Shown one piece after another: positions 33,384 through 41,794 of a stretch of 64,000 nt of DNA. Under the pieces are notes generated by a model. That model did not search any database. It was not told the origin of the DNA and saw only the letters and a program-made list of their open reading frames with translations. The position numbers and the translations under genes are program-made. Source of the stretch: an uncultured bacterium (GTDB lineage Bacteria; Verrucomicrobiota; Verrucomicrobiia; Limisphaerales; UBA8199); assembly GCA_963749495.1 (NCBI GenBank), contig CAVVMW010000008.1, positions 96,001 through 160,000 of the forward strand, in the 5' to 3' direction. The stretch's first letter is position 1. Every line of letters begins with the position of its first letter.

Positions 33384-35642
33384 ATGAAATCAGGCTGCCT
33401 TTGCTTGTGGGCTGCTTTAACTGCCAGTGCTGCATGGGTCCACATTGCCCCGGCCGACGAGGAGATCGACAGACTTGGAGTAAGGTCCGACACCGCCCTG
33501 ATGCGCCAAGAGCACCCCCGCCTGCTGTTCACCAAGGCGGATCTCGGGGCGCTTCGCGCTCGCATTGCGACGCCTGGGCTGAGGGACATCTACGCGCGCC
33601 TGAAGCAGACCGTCGATGCCCAATTGGCTCAAGGGATGGCCCATGTGCAATCCCAAGGCGCGGCCAGGATGCTGGTGCCGCTGGGTCTGCTCTACCACCT
33701 TACGGGCGAAGCAAAGTACGGGCAGGCCTGCCGGGAGTTGACTCGAAACGCCCCCTTCGGCGTTTACGCGACGGAAGGGGCTTACGGATATGACCTGGTT
33801 TATGACTTGCTGTCGCCGGAGGAGCGCCGCCAATGCGAACAGAAGATGCTCGCCTACATCCAGCGGCCCTATCCCGAGGGCAGTGTGCTCATCCAGTGCC
33901 TGGCCTTGTGGGGAAGCGGCGAGAAGGACGACCTGGTCGCGCGCAAGCTCAGCGAGATGCGCCAATGGTGCCTCGCGCGAAGGGAGTATCTCAACGCCTG
34001 GGCCGCTGATCGCGGAGGCGATGGCAACAGCCACGGTTACATCGGCCAGCACGAGTATGTTGGCACCATGGGCGCCTTCCAGGCCTGGCGGGCCGCCACA
34101 GGCGAGGACTGGTTCGAGGGGTTTAACTGGGCCAGGACCATGGCGCCCTATTACCTCTACCACACGCTGCCCAATCGGCGGCTCACGGTGAACATCGGGA
34201 TCAACTCCTGGGGCGCCCGCCATGCGCCCATCGAGACCGGCGCCGAGGACTTTGTCTCCATCGCCCAGGCCAAGTGGCGGTGCGGGCTGACGGGATGGTG
34301 GACGCGGAACATCGTCTGCGGCAGCACTGCTTACTACGATATCCTGCACAATGACTGGGGCATGCTGCTGTTCTATGACCCCGAGGTGCCGGACTTGGCG
34401 CCGGAACACTTCCCGCCGGACATGCTGTTCCGCACGCGCGGGTACGTCTGCGTGCGCAGCGATTGGGGCCCGGACGCCACGTTTGTTCACTTCCACTGCG
34501 GGCGGTTCGAGACCGACGGCCGCAACCACGGTGACAACAACTCGTTCATCATTTACCGCAAGGCCTACCTGGCATGCGACAGCGGCACGCGCGGCCTCAA
34601 CAACCCCGAACAGCAGCAATACTCGGATGGCAAGCACCATGAGAATTACTTCGCTCAAACGATTGCTCACAACTCGATCACGGTTGACACCAACAGCGAC
34701 CCGAGTCCGCTTTGCCACACGGTGCTGGGCGGCCAGGTCTCACGCGTGCCGTTCGAATGGCTCAAGGAATACGGGCTGCCTGCAACCGACGAGAACCGTT
34801 GGAGCCGCCAGGCCGGTGTGATTCAGGCCTACGAAACCACACCCGAGTTCTGCTACGCCGCGGGTGACGCCCGCTGCTCCTATGATCCGAAGGTGGTCAC
34901 CGCCTTTACTCGGCAGTTCCTTTACCTCCGTCCGGGCGTGGTGGTGATCTTCGACCGCGCGCGCGCGGCCAGGGCGGGCGACGTCAAGCGCTGGTATCTG
35001 CACACCATGGCCCAGCCGCAGTGCCTGGACGGGCAGCTCGTGCCGGACACACGCGTGCACACTAACGGACATTTTCTTGCCACCGGCCGCGTACTGCGCG
35101 CGGCGCATGGCGGCAGCGCGCTATTCTGCCGAACGTTGCTCCCGCGCCAGGCCAGCATCCGCGTGCTCGGCGGCAAGGGCCACCAGTTCGAGGTGAATGG
35201 CGAGAACTGCGACATGTACAACGTCTGGTGGGAAAAGGTCGGCACGCCAGCTTATCAGGAGGAAATCGGCATCGGCTGGTGGCGCGTGGAGGTCGAGCCG
35301 GAGGTACCGCGAACCGACGACGTCTTCCTGCACGTGCTCTGGGCCAGCGACGACACGGTGCAAACGATGTTTCCGGTGGAGACCCTCGAGGCAGCCGGCC
35401 AGGCAGAGGCGAAATTCTCCGTGGATGGCCTCGAAGTAACTGCGACCTTCCGTATGACCGGTGACATCGGCGGCCATCTGAGACTGGTCCGGAATGGCGA
35501 AGCGATCTGCGATTGGCCCCTGGCGAAAGGGATCGAGGATAGCTATCAGAAATGGACGAACGATCCTCGCTTTGGCGCGTGGAAGACGAACCCATTCATG
35601 CGAGCTGCCTTGGGCGCGGAGGATCCGGCAACAAAGCCATGA
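33384..35642 (+). CDS. Heparinase II/III-like polysaccharide lyase, secreted
   Basis: EHPRLLFT, GYVCVRSDW, NHGDNNSFIIYRKAYLACDSG, HHENYFAQTIAHNSI, YAAGDA, FTRQFLYL..VIFDR, WRVEVEP..FLHVL. Confidence 0.8.
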   Translation: MKSGCLCLWAALTASAAWVHIAPADEEIDRLGVRSDTALMRQEHPRLLFTKADLGALRARIATPGLRDIYARLKQTVDAQLAQGMAHVQSQGAARMLVPLGLLYHLTGEAKYGQACRELTRNAPFGVYATEGAYGYDLVYDLLSPEERRQCEQKMLAYIQRPYPEGSVLIQCLALWGSGEKDDLVARKLSEMRQWCLARREYLNAWAADRGGDGNSHGYIGQHEYVGTMGAFQAWRAATGEDWFEGFNWARTMAPYYLYHTLPNRRLTVNIGINSWGARHAPIETGAEDFVSIAQAKWRCGLTGWWTRNIVCGSTAYYDILHNDWGMLLFYDPEVPDLAPEHFPPDMLFRTRGYVCVRSDWGPDATFVHFHCGRFETDGRNHGDNNSFIIYRKAYLACDSGTRGLNNPEQQQYSDGKHHENYFAQTIAHNSITVDTNSDPSPLCHTVLGGQVSRVPFEWLKEYGLPATDENRWSRQAGVIQAYETTPEFCYAAGDARCSYDPKVVTAFTRQFLYLRPGVVVIFDRARAARAGDVKRWYLHTMAQPQCLDGQLVPDTRVHTNGHFLATGRVLRAAHGGSALFCRTLLPRQASIRVLGGKGHQFEVNGENCDMYNVWWEKVGTPAYQEEIGIGWWRVEVEPEVPRTDDVFLHVLWASDDTVQTMFPVETLEAAGQAEAKFSVDGLEVTATFRMTGDIGGHLRLVRNGEAICDWPLAKGIEDSYQKWTNDPRFGAWKTNPFMRAALGAEDPATKP

Positions 35643-35648
35643 AGCCCT

Positions 35649-37406
35649 CTATTCACCCGGCCGGGCGGAAAGCTCGCTCATGAGCCACATGGCGTAGCAG
35701 ACCATTGGGGTCCAATACTCGCACGTCTGCCAACTGCCGGGTTTGAGATCGGGCGCGTCATCTGGCGTGCCGCCGATGCCGTTCATGACGGCGCCATCAA
35801 TGAGCGGCGTCACTGGCTTGAACTCGCCCGTCACAAACTGCTTGGGCTGGTTGTGCCCCACGCCGGTCATGGTGCTGGCATCGAACGGGTTCACGCCCAG
35901 TATCCAGTCGAGCTGCCGCTGCGCCAGCGCAGCTAGGTGCGGTTCTTTCAGGAGCCTCGCGGCTTGAGCCAGACCCACCCCTGTGGATGCGAGGTTGGCG
36001 TTGATTCCCACCCACCACCGCCGGCCGGGTTCCATGAAATAGCGATACGAGTACTCGCCGGCGCGCCGGCTGCCGCCAGGGTCTTTGGAATAAAGGCCGA
36101 ACGGAGCGATGGCAAAGGCGTTGCGGGCCATCAGGGGCGCCAGGTAATCATCGACATAGAGGCGAATCGTTTCTCGCCACATGGGCGCATCGGCGTCGTT
36201 TGGAAAACGGTCTAACGCCATACACAAACCAATGAGATGCCAGCACCCATGAGAGATGTCGCGGCTGGGTTCCCCATCAGTAGGCGAGGTACGGAAAAAG
36301 CCACGGACGGCGCTGGCTCCCTCTGTCCGTTGTGGCGCCTGCAGAACCACAAGGCGCCGGGCGTACTCGGTGGCCAGTGTGCGGTATTGATCATTACCCA
36401 GGGTGCGGTGGAGTTCCACGCAGGCCGCCACGGCGGCGCCCAGGTCGGTCGCCGTGCGCCCGGCGTTGGTCTTCCGGCACCAGGCCAGGCAGCGCAGCGC
36501 AGCCTCCCGGCACTTCGCGGCGTAATCAGGGTCGGCCTGCTGCATGAGGCGGGCGGTGGCGGCCTGCGCCATGATGAAGCAGAACTGGGCCGTGGCATTG
36601 CAGGCCTCGGTGTGGATGGGGCGGTCATCCTGGTCACCGACGGTGTTATCGGTCCAGCGGTTCCCGTCGTTGCCACCGCAGTAATTCATCACGAAACCGT
36701 CGGGGTCCTGCATCGCCAGGAAATAGCGGTTGCCCCAGCGCAACTCGGCGGGGATGGACGCTCGGCCCCATTCCGGACGGTGCAACTCCGCCACCCGGGC
36801 CAGGCCGATCATGCCGAAGATCGTGGCATCCACCCATTTGCGCAGATCACACGCATCGTGCCAGCCGCCGGTCACGTCCTCGTGCTGGCCGTTGTCACGC
36901 CGGCGGCCGTCATCGAGGTGGCAGGGGGCGTGGTACCCAGTTTCGCTCGGACCGCACCGTTGCTTTGAGAAATAGGCTACGGTTTTCCGCAGCGCGTCCT
37001 CGTAAGCGTCCGGCGCGATAACGAACGTGCCCGAGCGTCCGTTTCCGGTGCGCACCTGGAAGGAACCGGCGCGGTCCAAGGCGCTGAAATCCCCGACCTG
37101 CCAGGAGCCAAGGTCGGGACCCCCAAGCGTGGTCCGCCCCCGAAAGGCAGCTTGGCCTGTGGCGGTGTTGACGATTTCAAAGTCCTCCGGCGTGGTCCCC
37201 TCGATGAGACAGAACTTGGCAGCTTGGAGTGCAAAACCAACGTGATTGACGAGAATCCGCGGCCCGTTTTCACCGAGCTTGGGCGAAAGGGCGGACTCCG
37301 ACTCGCCCAACGCCGGTGAGTTGGCGGCGAGCGCTGCAGCCGATAAACGAGCGACAAACAAAAGAGCGACTATTGCTTCACCGAGCAGGCGAGCGAACGA
37401 GTCCAT
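35649..37406 (-). CDS. Glycoside hydrolase family 9 with N-terminal Ig-like domain, secreted
   Basis: ILVNHVGF..K, DFSAL..G, YFSKQRCG, CHLDDG, DVTGGWHDACDLRK (DAGD-type motif as DACD), ELRWGNRY, QLDWILGVNPF, WQTCEYW. Confidence 0.85.
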   Translation of the reverse strand: MDSFARLLGEAIVALLFVARLSAAALAANSPALGESESALSPKLGENGPRILVNHVGFALQAAKFCLIEGTTPEDFEIVNTATGQAAFRGRTTLGGPDLGSWQVGDFSALDRAGSFQVRTGNGRSGTFVIAPDAYEDALRKTVAYFSKQRCGPSETGYHAPCHLDDGRRRDNGQHEDVTGGWHDACDLRKWVDATIFGMIGLARVAELHRPEWGRASIPAELRWGNRYFLAMQDPDGFVMNYCGGNDGNRWTDNTVGDQDDRPIHTEACNATAQFCFIMAQAATARLMQQADPDYAAKCREAALRCLAWCRKTNAGRTATDLGAAVAACVELHRTLGNDQYRTLATEYARRLVVLQAPQRTEGASAVRGFFRTSPTDGEPSRDISHGCWHLIGLCMALDRFPNDADAPMWRETIRLYVDDYLAPLMARNAFAIAPFGLYSKDPGGSRRAGEYSYRYFMEPGRRWWVGINANLASTGVGLAQAARLLKEPHLAALAQRQLDWILGVNPFDASTMTGVGHNQPKQFVTGEFKPVTPLIDGAVMNGIGGTPDDAPDLKPGSWQTCEYWTPMVCYAMWLMSELSARPGE

Positions 37407-37965
37407 GGCTCCGAGGCTACAGCAGTCGGACAGGCAAGCAAAGGGCTCATTAGCCATTCCCCTCCTGAGGACATCCTGGCTTCCACCTTGGAGGCGGCGG
37501 CGGGTTGAACCCGCTATTGATTCCCAAATAAGTAATGCACCAGAATCTGCGACATCCCATGCTCCGCATCGCATTCGACGATTCCCCGCCTCGTTGGTGG
37601 CGCTGATCCGCGGGCGCATTACTTACCTGAAGGTCAATAATCGTCGGTGCACTCCTGGAATTGTGGCGCAATACCAAGAGGCAAGCGCCTGTTTGTCAGT
37701 TTTTCTGTCCCGTCACCGGCTGAAGAATTATCCTTGGCGTGCCCTGACAATTCAGCAAACACGTATGCATCGAATTTGCCTCGGAGCTGACCCGGTGAAC
37801 CAATCGGCCCGAGGTTGGGAATGAACCTCTATGAAGCCATCGCGAAGCTAGAGAATGTTGGCCTGGGTGCGGTATCGATGGACTTCGGGCCCACCTGCCG
37901 GGCGTGTGCCAGGGGCACGAGCAAACAGACGAATGCCGTGAGTGTCGGGAAGAGACGTAGTCTGT

Positions 37966-39735
37966 TCATTCGGCTTTCAGAAGGTTAACGACCACAATGC
38001 CTTCCAGCTTCACGTCCTGCTTGCCGCCCAGGTCCAGAGCTTGGTCCCTGACCACGGTCTCCCAGAGCTGGAGCCTCGGGTCGCCGCCCTTCACCACGAT
38101 CCGCCTGGCGGCCGGGTCATAGGTGAACTCGGCCCACGACTGGCCATCGCGGAGAACCTTCCTGGGTTTAGTCGGCAGTGGCACCGACCAACTTCCATCG
38201 GCTTCGCGTCTCCAGCCTTCGATCAGGTCTGCCCCACTGATAACCGCCCGCTCGCCTTCCATGGCGCGGACCGTCACGCAGTCGTTCCTGGGCCGCAGCA
38301 TCTCGCGGTACACGCCCCCGCGCAGCACGATCGTCTCGCCCGATTCCGCAACGGCACAGGCCTTGGCCAGGCTGGCCAGCGGCACGGCCGGATAGCCCCA
38401 GCCCGGATCGTCGGCGGCGGCGGGATGCCGGGGATCAACGTAGTAAACATTTGGATACTCCAGCGCCCCAATGGTCGCTCCGTCCTTGCCCGCGCCGGCG
38501 GCCGGACTGCCCTTTCGCAAACGGAAATCCCGTTTCTCCGCGTCCCGCAACAGGGGGTCCTTGCCGTTGATGTTGTTGTCCATCGCCAAGGGCGCGGTTT
38601 TGAACGCCAGGTTGTATTCGACCAGCGGATTGGCCGGCGTGAAGTCGTCCTTGCTGCCATCGAGCACGGCCTGCTGCATGTCGTAGAAGAGGTTGTTGCG
38701 AATTTCACCATGAGTGGATTCCTGGCCGCGCAGGCCCACCCCGCACCAGGCGATGTCGGCGAAGGTATTGTTCTCGACTGTGACGTCCGGCGTCTGGATG
38801 ACATCCAGCCCCCACGCACCCCGATAGGTGGGCAGGATGGAGGAATAGAGGTTGTGCCGCCAGGTCCAGTTCCGCACGCTGCCGATGTTGGGTTTGCTCT
38901 CAACCATGGCTCCCTGGCCCCAGTCGAAGCAGGTGTTGTACTCGAAGAGCAGGTCCTGAGCCAGGGTGTCTTTGCCCATGAACGTCTGAATGCAGTCCAC
39001 GTGGGCGACTTTGATTTCGGACGTCACCGTGCCGTGGTAGTAATTATAGCGCTCAACGCAGCCCCGGCCAAAGAACCGCGAGTAGTCGCAGTCGTCGTAC
39101 CGGTTGCCCGGAGTGTACATGAACAGCCGGCTCACCTCGTTGTTTTCGACCAGCCAATGCTCCCCACCCAGGATAAAGCCGTATTGGCTGTGATAGACCT
39201 TGTTGTAGGCGATCCGGTTGTGGGCCACGGCGGAGTAGTCCCGCGGACCGTCGGCCACGGCCCGCCCGTAAGTGCCGTTGACCGCCATCATCATGTCATG
39301 GATGTAATTATCCAGCACCTCGCAGTGGCTCCCCGCCAATTGCACCGCAACCTCGGGCTTCTCGGCCGTGATCTCGAAACCTTCGATGCGGAGGTAGCTC
39401 CCCTCCAGGTCAAATCCGCCCACCACCGCCGTCCGCCGAGGCACGGCCCGCAACGTGATCGGCCGGCCTTCCGTGCCGCTCGTTCTGACTTTGACCCGCT
39501 CGTCATATTTGCCCCCCATAACCACGACGGTGTCACCCGGCCTGGCCACGTTGGCCGCGGACTGGACGGTCTTCAACGGTTTCTCCTCCGTCCCCGGGTT
39601 GGTGTCCGCCGCTTCGGGGGCCGCCTGGTCCACGACGTAGATGGCCGCGCGGGCTTGACCGGGGGCACACGCCGCCAAAACCAGACCTGCCACAGCCAGA
39701 CAGACGGCCATGATCGGCTGTTTCATGGCGATCAT
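37966..39735 (-). CDS. Right-handed parallel beta-helix (pectate lyase-like, DUF1565-type) protein, secreted
   Basis: YVVDQ..A.DTNPGTEEKPLKTVQSAA..ARPGDTV.V.GG.Y; Asn-ladder repeats; DPLL.D...DFRL..GSPA; a second copy of the N-terminal module near the C-terminus. Confidence 0.8.
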   Translation of the reverse strand: MIAMKQPIMAVCLAVAGLVLAACAPGQARAAIYVVDQAAPEAADTNPGTEEKPLKTVQSAANVARPGDTVVVMGGKYDERVKVRTSGTEGRPITLRAVPRRTAVVGGFDLEGSYLRIEGFEITAEKPEVAVQLAGSHCEVLDNYIHDMMMAVNGTYGRAVADGPRDYSAVAHNRIAYNKVYHSQYGFILGGEHWLVENNEVSRLFMYTPGNRYDDCDYSRFFGRGCVERYNYYHGTVTSEIKVAHVDCIQTFMGKDTLAQDLLFEYNTCFDWGQGAMVESKPNIGSVRNWTWRHNLYSSILPTYRGAWGLDVIQTPDVTVENNTFADIAWCGVGLRGQESTHGEIRNNLFYDMQQAVLDGSKDDFTPANPLVEYNLAFKTAPLAMDNNINGKDPLLRDAEKRDFRLRKGSPAAGAGKDGATIGALEYPNVYYVDPRHPAAADDPGWGYPAVPLASLAKACAVAESGETIVLRGGVYREMLRPRNDCVTVRAMEGERAVISGADLIEGWRREADGSWSVPLPTKPRKVLRDGQSWAEFTYDPAARRIVVKGGDPRLQLWETVVRDQALDLGGKQDVKLEGIVVVNLLKAE

Positions 39736-40028
39736 TGTCGTTCGCGGCGGCCTTCATTGTCCAGCCCCGATTCCCGGGGGATTGCTCCATGGCTCCAAGA
39801 TTTTGGTGGACCGGCGCACGATCGAGATCTGGGAGTGCGAACCGAAGATCTGCGCCGCGCCGTAGTTCCCATATCCGATGACCTCCCTATTGCTACAGGG
39901 CTACAGCATGTCGTGCTGAAACACTATCGAGCGAAGAGAAGATGACCAACCAGGGTTAGGCGCTGGGACGTGGTGATGGACGCCTTATCCGCTGGCACCG
40001 ACACCGTGCGGGGAATTAAGCTTGGGTC

Positions 40029-40222
40029 ATGATGCGACGCAGAACCTGTTTGAAATGCGCGGCCGCGGGCGCGCTGACGCTGGGGTTGCGCGGCGTTACC
40101 CTGGCGGCCACCCCACCCTCCGGACTCGCCGGCGCCGATGATGATGTGCGCCTCGCGGTGTGGGGATCGGCTTGGCCGAAGCCAAAGGGGACGTCGGTGG
40201 CCGGGAACACCAACTCATTTGA
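40029..40222 (+). pseudogene. 5' stub of a Tat-exported Gfo/Idh/MocA-family oxidoreductase
   Basis: MMRRRTCLKCAAAGA..GADDDVRLAV then (+1 nt) GIGLAEAKGDVGGREHQLI*, a Rossmann beta-alpha start. Preceded by TAAGCT-6 nt-ATG; its TGA overlaps the TTG start of the next gene. Confidence 0.6.
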
Positions 40223-41526
40223 AGACACTCATCACACGAAGGCAATTCTTGCGTCATTCCGCCGCCGCCGCCGGCGCGCTCGCTCTGGCGGGACCGATGG
40301 CAAGCCCCAGCCGCGCCGCCGACACCAGCCCGGCGGAATGGCTGGCGGCGACAAGCGATCCGTTTCGCGACGAATTGCTTCGAGCTCGAAGGGACCTGCC
40401 GGACCGCGTGCGTGCATGCGCTGAGCCTCTACGAGGCGAGCCGGCGTTCGATCCGTCGCGGATCGATAGGCTCGCGGCAGGAATCCGGTTGCCGGCGAGT
40501 GCGCGTTTCGAGCATCCGCTGCTGGAGCGCGCCGTGCGCGTCGGCCTGGCGCACATCGAGGCAACGTTTCAAGGCGACCATCCCAAATACGGCGTCGGCA
40601 CTTGCGCCCGACCGGAGCACGACGGTTTTCCGCCGACAATCATTGCCACGGTGGACGCGCTCACGGTTTGGACAGGGACGGCGCGCGCCGAGCAACTGTT
40701 CGGCTACTGGCTGCGTCATTTTGTCCGTGCCGACGGCACGATCGCCTACTACGGCCCAGCGTTGAGCGAATACGGCCAGTTATTGACGAGCGCGAGGCGG
40801 TTGCTCAGCCGCGGCGGTTCGCGCGAGTGGTTCGCGCAGCATCGCGACGCGCTGGCGAGCCTCGCGCGACACCTGGAATCACTGCTGCGGCAGGATGGGC
40901 GCGTCCGGCTGGTCGCCGGCGTACCGGAAGCCGATGAGAAGAGCCAGGAGGCGACTTACTTCCACAACAACGCGTGGATTCTGCGCGGGCTGGATGATTG
41001 GGCCGCGCTGACGAAAACGCCGGCGGGGACGGCGGAACTGCGAAAACTCCTGCTCGACGCGATCCGCGAAGTCTGGCCGCGCGAGCGGAGCGATTGGTGG
41101 CTCAGCCCGACGGTGGAGACGAGCGGCTTCGCCGCGCGTCCACAGGGCAAGGTGACCGCGAACCGTTTCGGCAGCTACACCAATTATCGTTACTGGCCGG
41201 AGCTGCTGTCGAGCAGCGTGCTGCCGCGCCCGTGGATGCAGCGGGTCGTCAACGCGCGGTTGACCGGCGGGGGCCAGTTTTGCGGCATGACACGGTTCGC
41301 TGACTGTCTCGATGATTGGCCGCTGATGAATCACCTGGAGGGGCTTTGGGCGCTCGGCCGGCGCGACGACTATCGGCTGTGTCTCTGGGGACACATCTGC
41401 CATCACCAGGCCGAAGGCCATCTCACCGCTTATGAGGCGGTGACCTTCCCGCCCGGCCAGAAGGTTTCCGACTCTTGCCTGCCGTGCCAGTTGGTTGCGG
41501 TCCGCGCCGCGCGCCGCCTGGTTTGA
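40219..41526 (+). CDS. Tat-exported hypothetical protein, six-hairpin glycosidase-like
   Basis: TRRQFLR Tat motif after TTG 40219; helical with HDGFPP, SEYGQ, GVPEAD, YFHNNAW, YTNYRYWPE. Confidence 0.65.
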   Translation: MKTLITRRQFLRHSAAAAGALALAGPMASPSRAADTSPAEWLAATSDPFRDELLRARRDLPDRVRACAEPLRGEPAFDPSRIDRLAAGIRLPASARFEHPLLERAVRVGLAHIEATFQGDHPKYGVGTCARPEHDGFPPTIIATVDALTVWTGTARAEQLFGYWLRHFVRADGTIAYYGPALSEYGQLLTSARRLLSRGGSREWFAQHRDALASLARHLESLLRQDGRVRLVAGVPEADEKSQEATYFHNNAWILRGLDDWAALTKTPAGTAELRKLLLDAIREVWPRERSDWWLSPTVETSGFAARPQGKVTANRFGSYTNYRYWPELLSSSVLPRPWMQRVVNARLTGGGQFCGMTRFADCLDDWPLMNHLEGLWALGRRDDYRLCLWGHICHHQAEGHLTAYEAVTFPPGQKVSDSCLPCQLVAVRAARRLV

Positions 41527-41639
41527 GCAGCGCGGCCCGGCGGCATTCGCAAGCGCGGCGGATGCCGGCTTCGGGAGTTCCGCGGCTCCCGCGTTAGCGT
41601 GGGTCTTCACGAAGCTCATCACCTCGACCACGAACGGTC

Positions 41640-41794
41640 TTGGTCTTGGGAGCTGCCCGCTATAGCATTGGGGCATGGAACTTCTCGGCAGGGTTAACGG
41701 ATTGCTCGCCGTCAGTGCGTTGGTGGCGACGGAATTGCTCCCGGCCGCTCGGTCACAGGTCGTGCGGGCGAGGTTGGACGTCGGACAACCATGA
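41640..41794 (+). pseudogene. Leaderless promoter plus 39-codon signal-peptide-like stub coupled to the next gene
   Basis: TTGGTC(41640)-17 nt-TAGCAT(41663)-6 nt-ATG(41675); MELLGRVNGLLAVSALVATELLPAARSQVVRARLDVGQP*; TGA overlaps ATG 41791. Confidence 0.5.
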
